Shown here: piece after piece, positions 18,301-28,305 of the stretch
Numbering within the stretch: the first letter of the stretch is position 1
How the letters are laid out: every line of letters starts with the position of its first letter
Assembly (NCBI GenBank): GCA_964005815.1
Contig: CAXFSR010000001.1
Location: 1 to 33,098 of the forward strand
Source of the DNA: an uncultured Nitrospinaceae bacterium
Lineage (GTDB): Bacteria; UBA8248
Direction of reading: 5' to 3'
Length of the DNA: 33,098 nucleotides
The notes under the pieces: model-generated
Database searches by the model: none
The model's input: only the letters and a program-made list of their open reading frames with translations
Told to the model about the DNA's origin: nothing
Program-made: the position numbers and the translations under genes

Positions 18301-18322
18301 TCGATGTGAAAAGAAACTTCAA
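18290..18322 (-). other. Putative pheST leader mini-[13 protein letters not shown]
   Basis: TTG AAG TTT CTT TTC ACA TCG AGC TCC TCC TAA. The TTG overlaps the rplT TGA stop (TTGA) and the ORF runs into the terminator's 5' arm. Function is inferred. Confidence 0.3.
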
Positions 18323-18672
18323 ATTTCTGCCCGAGCTAGCTCTACCAATTTCGAAAATGAGGATGGGTCAGATACAGCCAAATCGGCTAAAATCTTCCTA
18401 TTTACATCAATTCCAGCCTTATTTAGTCCACCAATAAATTTGCTATAAGACAAACCAAATTCGCGGGCTGCAGCATTAATTCTTACATTCCACAATCTTC
18501 TAAATTCTCTTTTCCTAGTTTTTCTATCTCTAGTTGCATAAGCCATAGATCGCAGAAGAGTCTCTCTAGCTGATCTAAAACGCTTTGATCGAGCACCTCT
18601 AAAACCTTTTGCCTGCTTCAAAACTCTCCGATGTCTTTCACGACTAGCTACATTTCCAGTTGAACGCGGCAT
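18319..18672 (-). CDS. rplT: 50S ribosomal protein L20
   Basis: [35 protein letters not shown] and [10 protein letters not shown] motifs. Confidence 0.99.
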   Translation of the reverse strand: MPRSTGNVASRERHRRVLKQAKGFRGARSKRFRSARETLLRSMAYATRDRKTRKREFRRLWNVRINAAAREFGLSYSKFIGGLNKAGIDVNRKILADLAVSDPSSFSKLVELARAEI

Positions 18673-18774
18673 TTAAAACTCCAAAAAGAACTTAAAAACT
18701 CAAACTTAAGAAGTCAGCGAATATATCTACAAGTAGTAAATAACGCAACCATTCACATCAAATTCTTTCAAAAA

Positions 18775-18972
18775 TCAGCTATATGGCAATAATCTTTTAA
18801 TCATCTTCTCATCAATAGGATTTGCAATAGAACTATGTCTCAGTTCTCTTTTCCGTTTAGTAGATTTTTTAGTAAGAATATGTCTACGATGCGAATGATT
18901 AAATTTCACCTTCCCACTACTAGTTACTTTAAATCTTTTAGCTGCTCCCCTATTACTCTTAAGCTTAGGCAT
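18775..18972 (-). CDS. rpmI: 50S ribosomal protein L35
   Basis: [29 protein letters not shown] and LLPY motifs. Confidence 0.99.
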   Translation of the reverse strand: MPKLKSNRGAAKRFKVTSSGKVKFNHSHRRHILTKKSTKRKRELRHSSIANPIDEKMIKRLLPYS

Positions 18973-19014
18973 TTTACAATTCCTCTTCGACTTTCATTAC
19001 TATCTTTTTAAATT

Positions 19015-19572
19015 TTAAGAGCCTTTTTTTGAAATCTTCGGTCCAATCACAACAGTCATGTTTCTGCCTTCCAAATTTGGTTCTTGTTCAACTACACCAA
19101 ATTCATCAAGATCCTCAATCATTCTATCTATCAATTTTCTTCCTAATTGAGAATGAGTAACTTCTCGACCTCTAAACATGATAGTTATTTTTGCCTTATT
19201 TCCATCATTTAAAAATCTCTCGGCATGTTTTTTCTTTATTTGGTAATCATGTTCTTCTATTTTTATCCGTAGTTTTACCTCTTTAACTTCTACAATTTTT
19301 TGTTTCTTCTTTGCCTCTTGAGCTTTCTTTTGTTGAATATACTTGTATCTACCCAGATCCATTATCTTACATACTGGTGGATCGGAATTTGGTGAAACTT
19401 CAACTAAATCTAAATCTCTCTCTTCCGCTGCATTAACTGCAGCCTCTAAAGAAAGTTCTCCCAATTGAGTTCCATCTTCATCTATAACTCTAACCTGTGC
19501 AGCAGAAATTTCCAAATTCGCCTTAGGTCCTGAGCGACTATTTTTTTCATTTCCACGAGATCTTTGAACCAT
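19015..19572 (-). CDS. infC: Translation initiation factor IF-3
   Basis: VRVIDEDGTQLG, LDLVEVSPNSDPPVCKIMD, KIEEHDY and FRGRE motifs; thrS-infC-rpmI-rplT synteny. Confidence 0.98.
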   Translation of the reverse strand: MVQRSRGNEKNSRSGPKANLEISAAQVRVIDEDGTQLGELSLEAAVNAAEERDLDLVEVSPNSDPPVCKIMDLGRYKYIQQKKAQEAKKKQKIVEVKEVKLRIKIEEHDYQIKKKHAERFLNDGNKAKITIMFRGREVTHSQLGRKLIDRMIEDLDEFGVVEQEPNLEGRNMTVVIGPKISKKGS

Positions 19573-19574
19573 GC

Positions 19575-21446
19575 TTAATCAATCCTTGGTAAAGGTACTT
19601 TTAAATTTATATCTTCCGTAATTCTTTCAATCAATTCACTGATTATAAAGGAACCTTTATTCCCTTGTCCACGAACACGAACAGAAACATGAGAAGACTC
19701 CTCTTCCTTATTACCAATTACAAGCATATACGGGATTTTATCCGATTCTGCTTCTCTTATCTTATAACCAATTTTTTCATTTCTAAAGTCTACATCTGTT
19801 CTAATACCAGATTTTTTTAACTCAGAAAATACTTCTTCAGCATAAGATTTTTGATCCTCTCCTATACTCATAACCCGAGCCTGTACAGGTGAAAGCCAAG
19901 TAGGAAAAGCTGCGGAATATTGCTCAATCAAACCACCCACAAACCTTTCCATAGAACCCAAAACTGTTCTGTGTATCATAACCACTTTTTTTCGATCACC
20001 ATCTTGTCCAACATAATTTAGATCAAAACGCTTAGGTAAATTAAAATCAAACTGTATAGTAGGTCCCTGCCATCCCCGACCTAAGGCATCAAGCATTTTT
20101 ATATCAATTTTTGGTCCATAAAATGCTGCTTCACCTTCAATACGTTTATAAGATATTTTTCTTTTCTCAAGTGCGTTAATTAGAGCTGTCTCAGCTATTT
20201 CCCAATCTTCCAAAACTCCAGCATATTTCCCAAAATCCTTGCTATCATGTACTGAAAGTTCGGTAACAAAATTTTTATATCCAAATGTTTCAAGCATGAA
20301 ATGAGCTAAATCTATAACCGACAATACTTCATCTTCCGCTTGTTCAGGTGTACAAAAAATATGCGCATCATCTTGGGTAAATCCACGAACTCGAAGCATC
20401 CCATGAAGAGTTCCGCTTCTTTCATACCTATAAACTGTTCCAAGTTCTGCATATCTGATAGGCAAATCTCTATAGCTATGAATTTCTTGTTGATAAATTA
20501 GAATATGTCCAGGACAGTTCATTGGTTTTAAAACATATTCATTCGAATCAACATTTAAAACGTACATATTTTCACGATAATACTCATAATGACCGGAAGT
20601 ATGAAACATTTGATCTTTAACAATATGCGGTACACTAACTAGCTCATATCCTCTACGCATATGCTCATCTTCCCAAAATCTTTCAATTGTTTTCCTGATC
20701 ACTGTGCCCTTAGGTTGCCAGTAAATAAGACCACTACCTGCCATCTCATCTGTCAAAAATAAACTATGTTGTTTACCGAGAACTCTATGGTCTCTCTTTT
20801 TTGATTCTTCTAACAAAGTTAGATAGTCATTAAGTTCTTCTTTGCTAGGGAAAGAGGTACCGTAAATCCTTTGAAGCATCTTGTTATTTTCATCACCTCG
20901 CCAATAAGCACCAGCAACATTTAAAAGTTTGAAAAACTTTAAATATTTCGTAGAAGGCACATGTGGACCTCGGCACAGATCAATAAAATCACCCTGTTTG
21001 TAAACAGATAGCTTCTCATCCATGGGTAGATCCGTGATCATTTCAATTTTATAACTTTGTCCTAAATCTCTAAAAAGTTTTATTGCATCGTCTCTACTGA
21101 TTTCTTCTCTAACGAACTTCAAATTCCTTTTCGAAATTTCTTTCATCTTTTTCTCTATAATAACAAGATCATCTAATGAAAGAGATTTTTCTAAATCAAT
21201 ATCATAGTAAAAACCATTTTCAATTGGTGGACCAATAGTAAAGAGTGCTTCAGGGAAAATTTCTAGAACGGCTTGTGCCATAATGTGAGCTGAACTATGA
21301 CGAAGTATTTCATTCCCTTCATCTGAATCCAACATAATAAATTCTGCATTGTCATCGTCAGAAGTTATGAGATCTAAATCTACAACTACATTGCCTTTCT
21401 TAGCAGCAATTATTTTGTCAGTTGAATTATCCTTATCATTAGACAT
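19575..21446 (-). CDS. thrS: Threonine--tRNA ligase
   Basis: RHSSAHIMAQA, DLCRGPH, GAYWRG, KPMNCPGH, LRVRGFTQDDAH, FYGPKID and HRTVLGSMERF motifs. Confidence 0.99.
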   Translation of the reverse strand: MSNDKDNSTDKIIAAKKGNVVVDLDLITSDDDNAEFIMLDSDEGNEILRHSSAHIMAQAVLEIFPEALFTIGPPIENGFYYDIDLEKSLSLDDLVIIEKKMKEISKRNLKFVREEISRDDAIKLFRDLGQSYKIEMITDLPMDEKLSVYKQGDFIDLCRGPHVPSTKYLKFFKLLNVAGAYWRGDENNKMLQRIYGTSFPSKEELNDYLTLLEESKKRDHRVLGKQHSLFLTDEMAGSGLIYWQPKGTVIRKTIERFWEDEHMRRGYELVSVPHIVKDQMFHTSGHYEYYRENMYVLNVDSNEYVLKPMNCPGHILIYQQEIHSYRDLPIRYAELGTVYRYERSGTLHGMLRVRGFTQDDAHIFCTPEQAEDEVLSVIDLAHFMLETFGYKNFVTELSVHDSKDFGKYAGVLEDWEIAETALINALEKRKISYKRIEGEAAFYGPKIDIKMLDALGRGWQGPTIQFDFNLPKRFDLNYVGQDGDRKKVVMIHRTVLGSMERFVGGLIEQYSAAFPTWLSPVQARVMSIGEDQKSYAEEVFSELKKSGIRTDVDFRNEKIGYKIREAESDKIPYMLVIGNKEEESSHVSVRVRGQGNKGSFIISELIERITEDINLKVPLPRID

Positions 21447-21480
21447 TTTATATATTAATTTTATCCTTTCTAACTATTAG

Positions 21481-21555
21481 TGGTAGGCGCGGGCGGTTTT
21501 GAACCGCCGACCTCTTGCCTGTCAAGCAAGCGCTCTCCCCCTGAGCTACGCGCCT
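21481..21555 (-). tRNA. tRNA-Val(GAC)
   Basis: AGGCGCGTAGCTCAGGGGGAGAGCGCTTGCTTGACAGGCAAGAGGTCGGCGGTTCAAAACCGCCCGCGCCTACCA folds into a cloverleaf with anticodon GAC and encoded CCA. Confidence 0.97.
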
Positions 21556-21576
21556 TCAAGAAAGATTTTGGAAAAA

Positions 21577-22815
21577 CTAACTTGCTCTTTTATAAATTAG
21601 ATTAGGTTTTTCTTCTAAATTCACTACTTTTTCGTTAATCAAAACTTCTTTAACGTCTACCATATTTGGCAAATCAAACATTGTATCTAGCATCATATTC
21701 TCAATAATTGATCTCAGACCACGTGCTCCAGATTTTTGCGAAAGGGCTTGAGACGCTATACAATCAAGAGCCTCTTTAGTAAAAGTAAGGGTTACACCTT
21801 CTAAATCAAAGAACTTTTTATACTGTTTTACCAAGGCATTTTTCGGACTCACCAAGATTTCAATTAGAGCCTCTTTATTAAGCTCACTTAAAGAAGCTAC
21901 TACAGGCAATCGTCCAATAAATTCGGGAATTAATCCATATTTCAACAAATCTTCTGGGGTAACATCTGAAAGTATTTCACTTAATGAAACTTCTTGTTCA
22001 TTTCTTAAGTCAGCTTCAAAACCAACTCCTTGATTACCTACCCTCTTACGTATGATATCTTCCAATCCTACAAAAGCACCCGCACAAATAAAAAGAATAT
22101 TTGTTGTATCTACCTGAACAAATTCTTGATGAGGGTGTTTTCTTCCCCCTTGGGGAGGAACACTTGCAATTGAACCCTCTATAATTTTAAGAAGTGCTTG
22201 TTGCACGCCTTCCCCAGAGACATCACGAGTTATAGAAGGATTTTCGCTCTTCTTTGTAATCTTATCTATTTCATCTATATAGATTATTCCTCTTTCTGCT
22301 CTATTGGAATCAAAATCTGCAGACTGTAATAACTTAAGTATGATATTTTCTACATCTTCTCCAACATAACCTGCCTCGGTCAAAGTAGTTGCGTCAACGA
22401 TAGCAAAAGGAACATTTAAAAGACGAGCCAAAGTCCTGGCCATCAAAGTTTTTCCAGACCCCGTTGGACCAATTAGAAGTATATTACTCTTGTCTAATTC
22501 AGCATCTTCGGCTTTTAATTCAGCATCAATTCTTTTGTAGTGATTATAAACTGCTACTGATAAAATTTTCTTTGCTTTCTCTTGTCCAATAACATGCTGA
22601 TCCAAAACTTCCTTGATTTCACTTGGTTTCACAAGATCTGCATTTTCAATTTCCAAACCTTCCTTAAAATCCTCAGTCAAAATTTCATTGCAAAGTTCAA
22701 CGCATTCATTACAAATATAAGCATCTGGACCTGCAATCATTTTTTTAACTTCTTCCTGACCTTTATTACAAAACGAACAATTAGGCACAGAAGAGTCAGT
22801 GGTTAACTTAGACAT
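21577..22815 (-). CDS. clpX: ATP-dependent Clp protease ATP-binding subunit ClpX
   Basis: CSFC...CNEC zinc-binding domain, [38 protein letters not shown] and GARGLR motifs. ATG at 22815 preferred (TTG at 22821 possible). Confidence 0.99.
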   Translation of the reverse strand: MSKLTTDSSVPNCSFCNKGQEEVKKMIAGPDAYICNECVELCNEILTEDFKEGLEIENADLVKPSEIKEVLDQHVIGQEKAKKILSVAVYNHYKRIDAELKAEDAELDKSNILLIGPTGSGKTLMARTLARLLNVPFAIVDATTLTEAGYVGEDVENIILKLLQSADFDSNRAERGIIYIDEIDKITKKSENPSITRDVSGEGVQQALLKIIEGSIASVPPQGGRKHPHQEFVQVDTTNILFICAGAFVGLEDIIRKRVGNQGVGFEADLRNEQEVSLSEILSDVTPEDLLKYGLIPEFIGRLPVVASLSELNKEALIEILVSPKNALVKQYKKFFDLEGVTLTFTKEALDCIASQALSQKSGARGLRSIIENMMLDTMFDLPNMVDVKEVLINEKVVNLEEKPNLIYKRAS

Positions 22816-22856
22816 TAGCAATCTCTTTTAAAAATTAATTAAAATTTACAAAAAAC

Positions 22857-23498
22857 TTATTGCTCATTTTTATCTTTTTTCCCTGATTTCGATTTTGGGC
22901 TAGTAGATGGCTGATCAGTTCTTGATTCTATGACTTCATCGACAATTCCATAAGATTTCGCTTCCTCGGCAGTCATGAAATTATCTCTATCAGTATCTCT
23001 TTCTATTGCTTTTAAAGTTTGTCCTGTTTTCTGGGATAAGATTTTATTTAATTTCTCACGAATCCTTAATATCTCACGTGCTTGAATATCAATATCAGAT
23101 GCTTGCCCTTGCACCCCACCTAATGGCTGATGAATTAAAATACGAGAGTTTGGAAGTGCAAATCGTTTTCCAGTTGACCCAGCAGTTAACAGAAGAGCTC
23201 CCATACTAGCAGCCTGTCCCACACATATCGTTGAAACAGGTGAATTTATGTACTGCATAGTATCATAAATAGCCAAACCAGCAGTAACAGAACCACCAGG
23301 GCTGTTAATATAAATCGAAATTTCTCGATCAGGTTCTTCGGCTTCCAAATGTAACAACTGTGCGGTTACAAGATTTGCAATCTGATCATCTATAGGGGTT
23401 CCCAGAAAAATAATCCTTTCTTTTAATAGACGACTATAAATATCGTAAGCACGTTCCCCTCTATTTGTTTGTTCTACTACCATAGGTATAAGGGCCAC
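22857..23498 (-). CDS. clpP: ATP-dependent Clp protease proteolytic subunit ClpP
   Basis: [34 protein letters not shown] and DRDNFM motifs. GTG start. Confidence 0.99.
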   Translation of the reverse strand: MALIPMVVEQTNRGERAYDIYSRLLKERIIFLGTPIDDQIANLVTAQLLHLEAEEPDREISIYINSPGGSVTAGLAIYDTMQYINSPVSTICVGQAASMGALLLTAGSTGKRFALPNSRILIHQPLGGVQGQASDIDIQAREILRIREKLNKILSQKTGQTLKAIERDTDRDNFMTAEEAKSYGIVDEVIESRTDQPSTSPKSKSGKKDKNEQ

Positions 23499-23502
23499 TT
23501 TT

Positions 23503-24852
23503 TTATCCTTCCTTTATTTGATCGTTCTCTTCATTTTCATCAGAATGAGAGTGATCTTGGACATTATGAATTTGAATTTCAATCTTAGCCTCATCATACA
23601 GCCAATTGATTGTTTTATTAAAATTAAGATTAGAGAAAAGAGATTCTATAGAACCAGTCATGGCCATACGTTTCTTCAATTTTTCTACCTCCATACCATA
23701 CCTTTGTGCTGTTTCTTGAATATGTAAATCTATTTCTTCTGGCCCAACGCTAATTCCTTCTTTTTCCCTAATACGATTTATAAGTATTAATTCTTGGACT
23801 TTTCTCTCCGCTTCAGGTTTGAGCTTTGAACGTATTTCCTCTCTTTGATTCTCTCCAATTTGAACATCAGGGTTTTCTGTTTTATAACGTCTTTCTACTT
23901 CTCTAATTCTACCTTCTATCTCACTTTTAACTAAGCTGGGTGGAACTTCAAATGGATGCATTTCAATAAGTTTTTCGATTAATTTTGTTATTCCCTGCTG
24001 TCTGTTTTGTTGCTCTTCTGACATATTTAAATCTTTTTCAATCTGCTTTTTAAGGTCATCCACAGTCTTCATTTCACTACCAAGAGAATTTACAAAGTCA
24101 TCATCTAAAGAAGGTAAATTTGCTTTTTTAACACTTTTTAAATTTATTTTAAAAATAAATTTCTGTTGCTCTGCATCTTCACTATTACTTCCGGGAGGCT
24201 GGAAATCTACTTCTTTTTCTTCACCTGCCTTCATTCCAAGTACAGATTCATCTAAAAGTTTCTCATTCTGTGTTTCACCTAAAATAAGGGATTGATTTTC
24301 ACCTTTAGTACCAGGAACAGATTCTCCATCTCTAAATGCTTCTATATCAAAAACAACATAATCACCAGATTCTGCATTCCTGTTTACATCTTCATAAGTT
24401 GCGGATTGATACAATAAGCGCTTGATATTTTCATCAATTAATTCGTCAGTAACAGGATGACTATGAATACTAACTTCAATTCCTTTGTAATCTTTTAAAT
24501 CAATAGGAGGAATAACTTCTAAAGTAGCTTTATAAGTCAATTCTTCAGAATCATTGTTCATATTTATATCAGTAATATTAGGTTCTCCAACTGGCCTCAT
24601 CCCTTTTTCACTCAAAATATTAGTGTACGAATCAGAAATTAAATTTGTGTACACTTCTGTTCTCAGTTCTTCACCATAGTATCTTTCCAATACCTTTCTC
24701 GGCACTTTTCCTTTTCTAAACCCTTTTATATTTGCTCTTCCAGATAAATTTAAAAAAGCCTTTTCAATGGCATTTGACACTTCTTCTTTTGGTATTCCTG
24801 CTTCAAGCTTCTTTGTACAATCACTAACATCACTTATTGTTATTTCTGACAT
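23503..24852 (-). CDS. tig: Trigger factor
   Basis: Ribosome-binding signature [10 protein letters not shown], an FKBP-like middle domain, and tig-clpP-clpX synteny. ATG at 24852. Confidence 0.97.
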   Translation of the reverse strand: MSEITISDVSDCTKKLEAGIPKEEVSNAIEKAFLNLSGRANIKGFRKGKVPRKVLERYYGEELRTEVYTNLISDSYTNILSEKGMRPVGEPNITDINMNNDSEELTYKATLEVIPPIDLKDYKGIEVSIHSHPVTDELIDENIKRLLYQSATYEDVNRNAESGDYVVFDIEAFRDGESVPGTKGENQSLILGETQNEKLLDESVLGMKAGEEKEVDFQPPGSNSEDAEQQKFIFKINLKSVKKANLPSLDDDFVNSLGSEMKTVDDLKKQIEKDLNMSEEQQNRQQGITKLIEKLIEMHPFEVPPSLVKSEIEGRIREVERRYKTENPDVQIGENQREEIRSKLKPEAERKVQELILINRIREKEGISVGPEEIDLHIQETAQRYGMEVEKLKKRMAMTGSIESLFSNLNFNKTINWLYDEAKIEIQIHNVQDHSHSDENEENDQIKEG

Positions 24853-24907
24853 CAATTTTCCCCAAAATACGAATTATTACTCAAAGAGAATTAAAGTAAA
24901 ATATAAA

Positions 24908-24992
<85 letters not shown>

Positions 24993-25211
24993 ACAATTTT
25001 AATATCTTTAAAATCAATATTTCAAAAAGTTAAGATTATTTTTGTTTAATTTTAACTTTTTCACGATTCTAACCTAAAAAAACAACTGTTTCAAAAAATT
25101 AACAGGGCACACTAAATAAAAAAGTAGTTTTATTCAACACTAATAGTAATTTTTAAATTTTTTTATAGAAATTTAGTATGATTCCTAAAGGAATGGTCGA
25201 AAACTTACTCT

Positions 25212-25246
25212 AAAAATTAAATGGGGCGAGAATAAATCCCGCCCCA
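25212..25246 (-). terminator. Intrinsic terminator downstream of tctC
   Basis: Minus strand TGGGGCGGGA-TTTAT-TCTCGCCCCA (10-bp stem, one G.U pair) followed by TTTAATTTTT, 26 nt after the tctC stop. Confidence 0.8.
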
Positions 25247-25272
25247 AAATTATTTCGAAAAAAAGTTTCTAT

Positions 25273-26259
25273 TTATTTCTTTTTCTTATAACCCATTTTC
25301 TTAAATAGATTTCCATAAAAATCAATTTCACTATCATATGCTTTTCTCAACTCTGGGCCAGATAATGGCGCAAGACTTTCACCAAAACGTTTAATCAATT
25401 TTTTCAGAGTCTTACTTTTAGCTGCTTTGTGTAAAGCAGTCTTTAAAACTTCAATTCGATCATTAGGTGTTCCTTTAGGAGCCATAAATACTCTCCAAGA
25501 CTTATAAATATAATCTACACCTAATTCTCTAAAAGTAGGATATTTCTTTCCAAATTCCTTCATTCGTTCTTCGGAAGCGGTAGCAAGTAGTCTCAACTGT
25601 CCTCTTTTAACTCTACTTAAAGTTCCACCAGTTGTCACATTAGCCCAACCTGCGTCTACATGACCACCCCACATTGCCTGCCATGCCTTACCTCCACCTC
25701 TAAAGGGAACATGTTTAAATTTAACATTTTTAGCTCTCATCATCTGTAAGATCCCTAAGTGACTTGAACCCCATGCACCATTTGAGGAAATGGAAATCTT
25801 TCCCGGTCTCTTTTTAGCATCATCAAGAAGATCCTGTAAATTTTTCCATGGTTTTTCTGATCTGACAACAAGTAAGAATGGAGCGTAATTTACTTGGAAG
25901 AATGGAATGAAATCAGTTTTTGGATCAAAACCCATATTTCTTGCATGAGGAGCGATTGCAAAATGTGAACCAGAACCAAGTGCTATAGTATATCCATCAG
26001 GCTTAGAACGTTTAAGTGCAGTCATACCAATCTTTCCACCACCACCACCTCGAACAGTACACAAGAAAGGTTGTCCTAGATGTTCGTGAATAACACTTGC
26101 TACAGCACGACAATGCATATCGTGTGAACCTCCTGCACCAGTTGCCAAAATAACCTTAATTGGCTTATTTGGATACTTAGCATCTGCGCTTCCTACTATT
26201 GTGAAAAAAACAGCAAGAACTAGTACGCTTAAATAAACAAAAACCTTACTCTTATACAT
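25273..26259 (-). CDS. tctC: Tripartite tricarboxylate transporter substrate-binding protein (TctC/Bug family)
   Basis: Signal peptide (..ADA), YPNKPIKVI..GAGGSHD, GGGGKIG..KPDGYT, HVPFRGGG and PKGTP motifs. SD AAGGAG precedes the ATG at 26259. Confidence 0.93.
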   Translation of the reverse strand: MYKSKVFVYLSVLVLAVFFTIVGSADAKYPNKPIKVILATGAGGSHDMHCRAVASVIHEHLGQPFLCTVRGGGGGKIGMTALKRSKPDGYTIALGSGSHFAIAPHARNMGFDPKTDFIPFFQVNYAPFLLVVRSEKPWKNLQDLLDDAKKRPGKISISSNGAWGSSHLGILQMMRAKNVKFKHVPFRGGGKAWQAMWGGHVDAGWANVTTGGTLSRVKRGQLRLLATASEERMKEFGKKYPTFRELGVDYIYKSWRVFMAPKGTPNDRIEVLKTALHKAAKSKTLKKLIKRFGESLAPLSGPELRKAYDSEIDFYGNLFKKMGYKKKK

Positions 26260-26293
26260 ACCTTTCTCCTTATGAATGGTAAGCAAATTTGGC

Positions 26294-27796
26294 TTATTCA
26301 GCTTCAGCCCATGGCTTCTTCCAAATAGCCATCCCTAATAAGAAAACACTAAGTAAAATTAAAAATCCTGAGACAGGAAAACCTCCAGCCATTTTAGTTA
26401 AAAATACGAAATAATCACCATCGGAGAGTAATAAAGCTTGCTTCATAGACTCTTCGGCAGTTTCAGTAAGAATAAATGCAATAACAAGAGGAGCAAGAGG
26501 GAATTTTAACTTACGAAGACCATATCCACAAATACCAAAAAATAAGGCAAGTTTTACATCCTCAATATTGTTCTGATAAATGAAGCCACCTACTACACAA
26601 AGCAAAAGAATTATTGGGACCAAAACTGATTTTCGAATGGTTACTAACCTCGCAAACAATCCAGTAAGAAGTTTCCCTTGAAGAAGCATAATAGGATTTC
26701 CAACCAGAAGAAGAGCAAAAATACCATACATAGTTGAAGCTTGTTCTTCAAAAAGTTCAGGACCAGGACGTAATCCCTGCGCCATAAATGCACCCATAAG
26801 AATTGCTGCTGAAGCACTTCCTGGAATACCAAAAGTCAAAGTCGGAATTAAATCTGCCCCGGCAACTGCACTGTTCGATGCTTCTGCAGCAGCAACTCCT
26901 TCATAACTCCCCTTTCCATATTCTTCAGGACGTTTCGACGAACGTTTAGCGAGAGCGTAACTAATAAATGTGGCAATTGCGGCGCCTGTTCCAGGTATCG
27001 CTCCAATAGCAGTTCCAATACAAGACGAACGAAGTATTGCCCATTTTGCTTGAAATAATTCAATCCACTTTAGTGATCTTCCCCCTTTCAAGTGAGAAGA
27101 TTCTGGCGGATTAGCAAGTTCAATAATTTTTTTCTCAGACTGAATCAAAACTTCACTAATAGCAAAAAGTCCGATCAACATCGGAACTATTCCAACACTA
27201 TCTGCTATATTTGCAATTCCAAATGTAAAACGTTCAGAACCCGAAATAATATCCTGGCCAACAAGACCAATCAAAATTCCTATGAGCATAGAAAGAAGGC
27301 CCTTTAAAACTGAAGATCCTGTAACTGCTGAAATAATAGTTAGACCAAGAACCATCAATGCAAAGAATTCTGTGGGACCGAATAACAATGCGACTGCTGC
27401 AAGAGGAAATGCAGCTAAAATTAAAACAATATCACTAAAAGTATCTCCTAAGGTAGAGGAATAAAGTGCCATTTGAATAGCGCTCTTTGCCTCACCTTTT
27501 TGAGCTAAAGGATAACCATCTAGAGTAGTAGCAGCAGCTGCTGCTGTGCCTGGAGTATTTATCAAAATTGCAGGTATTGAACCGCCAAAAAGTGCTCCTT
27601 TATGAATTCCTAAAAGAAAAGGTATTCCATTAATCGGCGTCATAAAAAAAGAAAAAGGGACTAAAACAGCGATAGCCATTACACTTGTTAATCCAGGTAT
27701 AGCACCCACTGTAATACCTGCAAAAACTCCAAGAGCAACCATACCAAGAGCTTGAAGAGTTATAGCTTGTACTATTGCATCAAAAATCTGTTCCAT
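26294..27796 (-). CDS. tctA: Tripartite tricarboxylate transporter permease TctA
   Basis: GAIPGLT, FGGSIPAILINTPGT..AAATTLDGYPLAQKG, GVAAAEASNSA and PTLTFGIPGS motifs. ATG at 27796. Confidence 0.96.
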   Translation of the reverse strand: MEQIFDAIVQAITLQALGMVALGVFAGITVGAIPGLTSVMAIAVLVPFSFFMTPINGIPFLLGIHKGALFGGSIPAILINTPGTAAAAATTLDGYPLAQKGEAKSAIQMALYSSTLGDTFSDIVLILAAFPLAAVALLFGPTEFFALMVLGLTIISAVTGSSVLKGLLSMLIGILIGLVGQDIISGSERFTFGIANIADSVGIVPMLIGLFAISEVLIQSEKKIIELANPPESSHLKGGRSLKWIELFQAKWAILRSSCIGTAIGAIPGTGAAIATFISYALAKRSSKRPEEYGKGSYEGVAAAEASNSAVAGADLIPTLTFGIPGSASAAILMGAFMAQGLRPGPELFEEQASTMYGIFALLLVGNPIMLLQGKLLTGLFARLVTIRKSVLVPIILLLCVVGGFIYQNNIEDVKLALFFGICGYGLRKLKFPLAPLVIAFILTETAEESMKQALLLSDGDYFVFLTKMAGGFPVSGFLILLSVFLLGMAIWKKPWAEAE

Positions 27797-27801
27797 CAAA
27801 A

Positions 27802-28305
27802 TTATCCTTTTATGTACCCTAACAATTGATTAATCAACTCACCTTCAGGAAGCATTACTTTAAAGGAAATCCAAAAAAAACGTTCTATTGAGATTGGGAC
27901 AAGAAGAGCAACTGGAACTATTATTCTCCAATTCCTTGTTCCATAAAAAAATATTAAAAAAGCCAAGAAAAAAGGAGAACTTAAGTGAAAACCTAGCCAC
28001 TCCAAAAGATATACGTAAACCATAGAAGCTAAAAAAACGATGACTGATTGAAAAAAAGGTCTTTTACTCGAAGAAAGAGTAGGTGTCACCTCTACTTTAT
28101 TTCTAAGAGTGTCCGCTACCAAAAGTAGGCTAACAAATCCGAAAATACAAATTGTAATTTGAGGAAAAGTTTCAGGTAGAAAAATACGTCCAGCAAACTC
28201 AGTTTGAGAGAAAGAAGATATTATCTGAGTAGGAATCAAATAAAAAAAATAAATCAAACTGAATAAAAAAAAGATTATTCCGACTGTCAAATCTTTTTTG
28301 TTCAT
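27802..28305 (-). CDS. tctB: Tripartite tricarboxylate transporter TctB family protein
   Basis: 4-5 TM segments with PETFP, LEWLGF and C-terminal FKVMLPEG; adjacent to tctA. Confidence 0.9.
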   Translation of the reverse strand: MNKKDLTVGIIFFLFSLIYFFYLIPTQIISSFSQTEFAGRIFLPETFPQITICIFGFVSLLLVADTLRNKVEVTPTLSSSKRPFFQSVIVFLASMVYVYLLEWLGFHLSSPFFLAFLIFFYGTRNWRIIVPVALLVPISIERFFWISFKVMLPEGELINQLLGYIKG

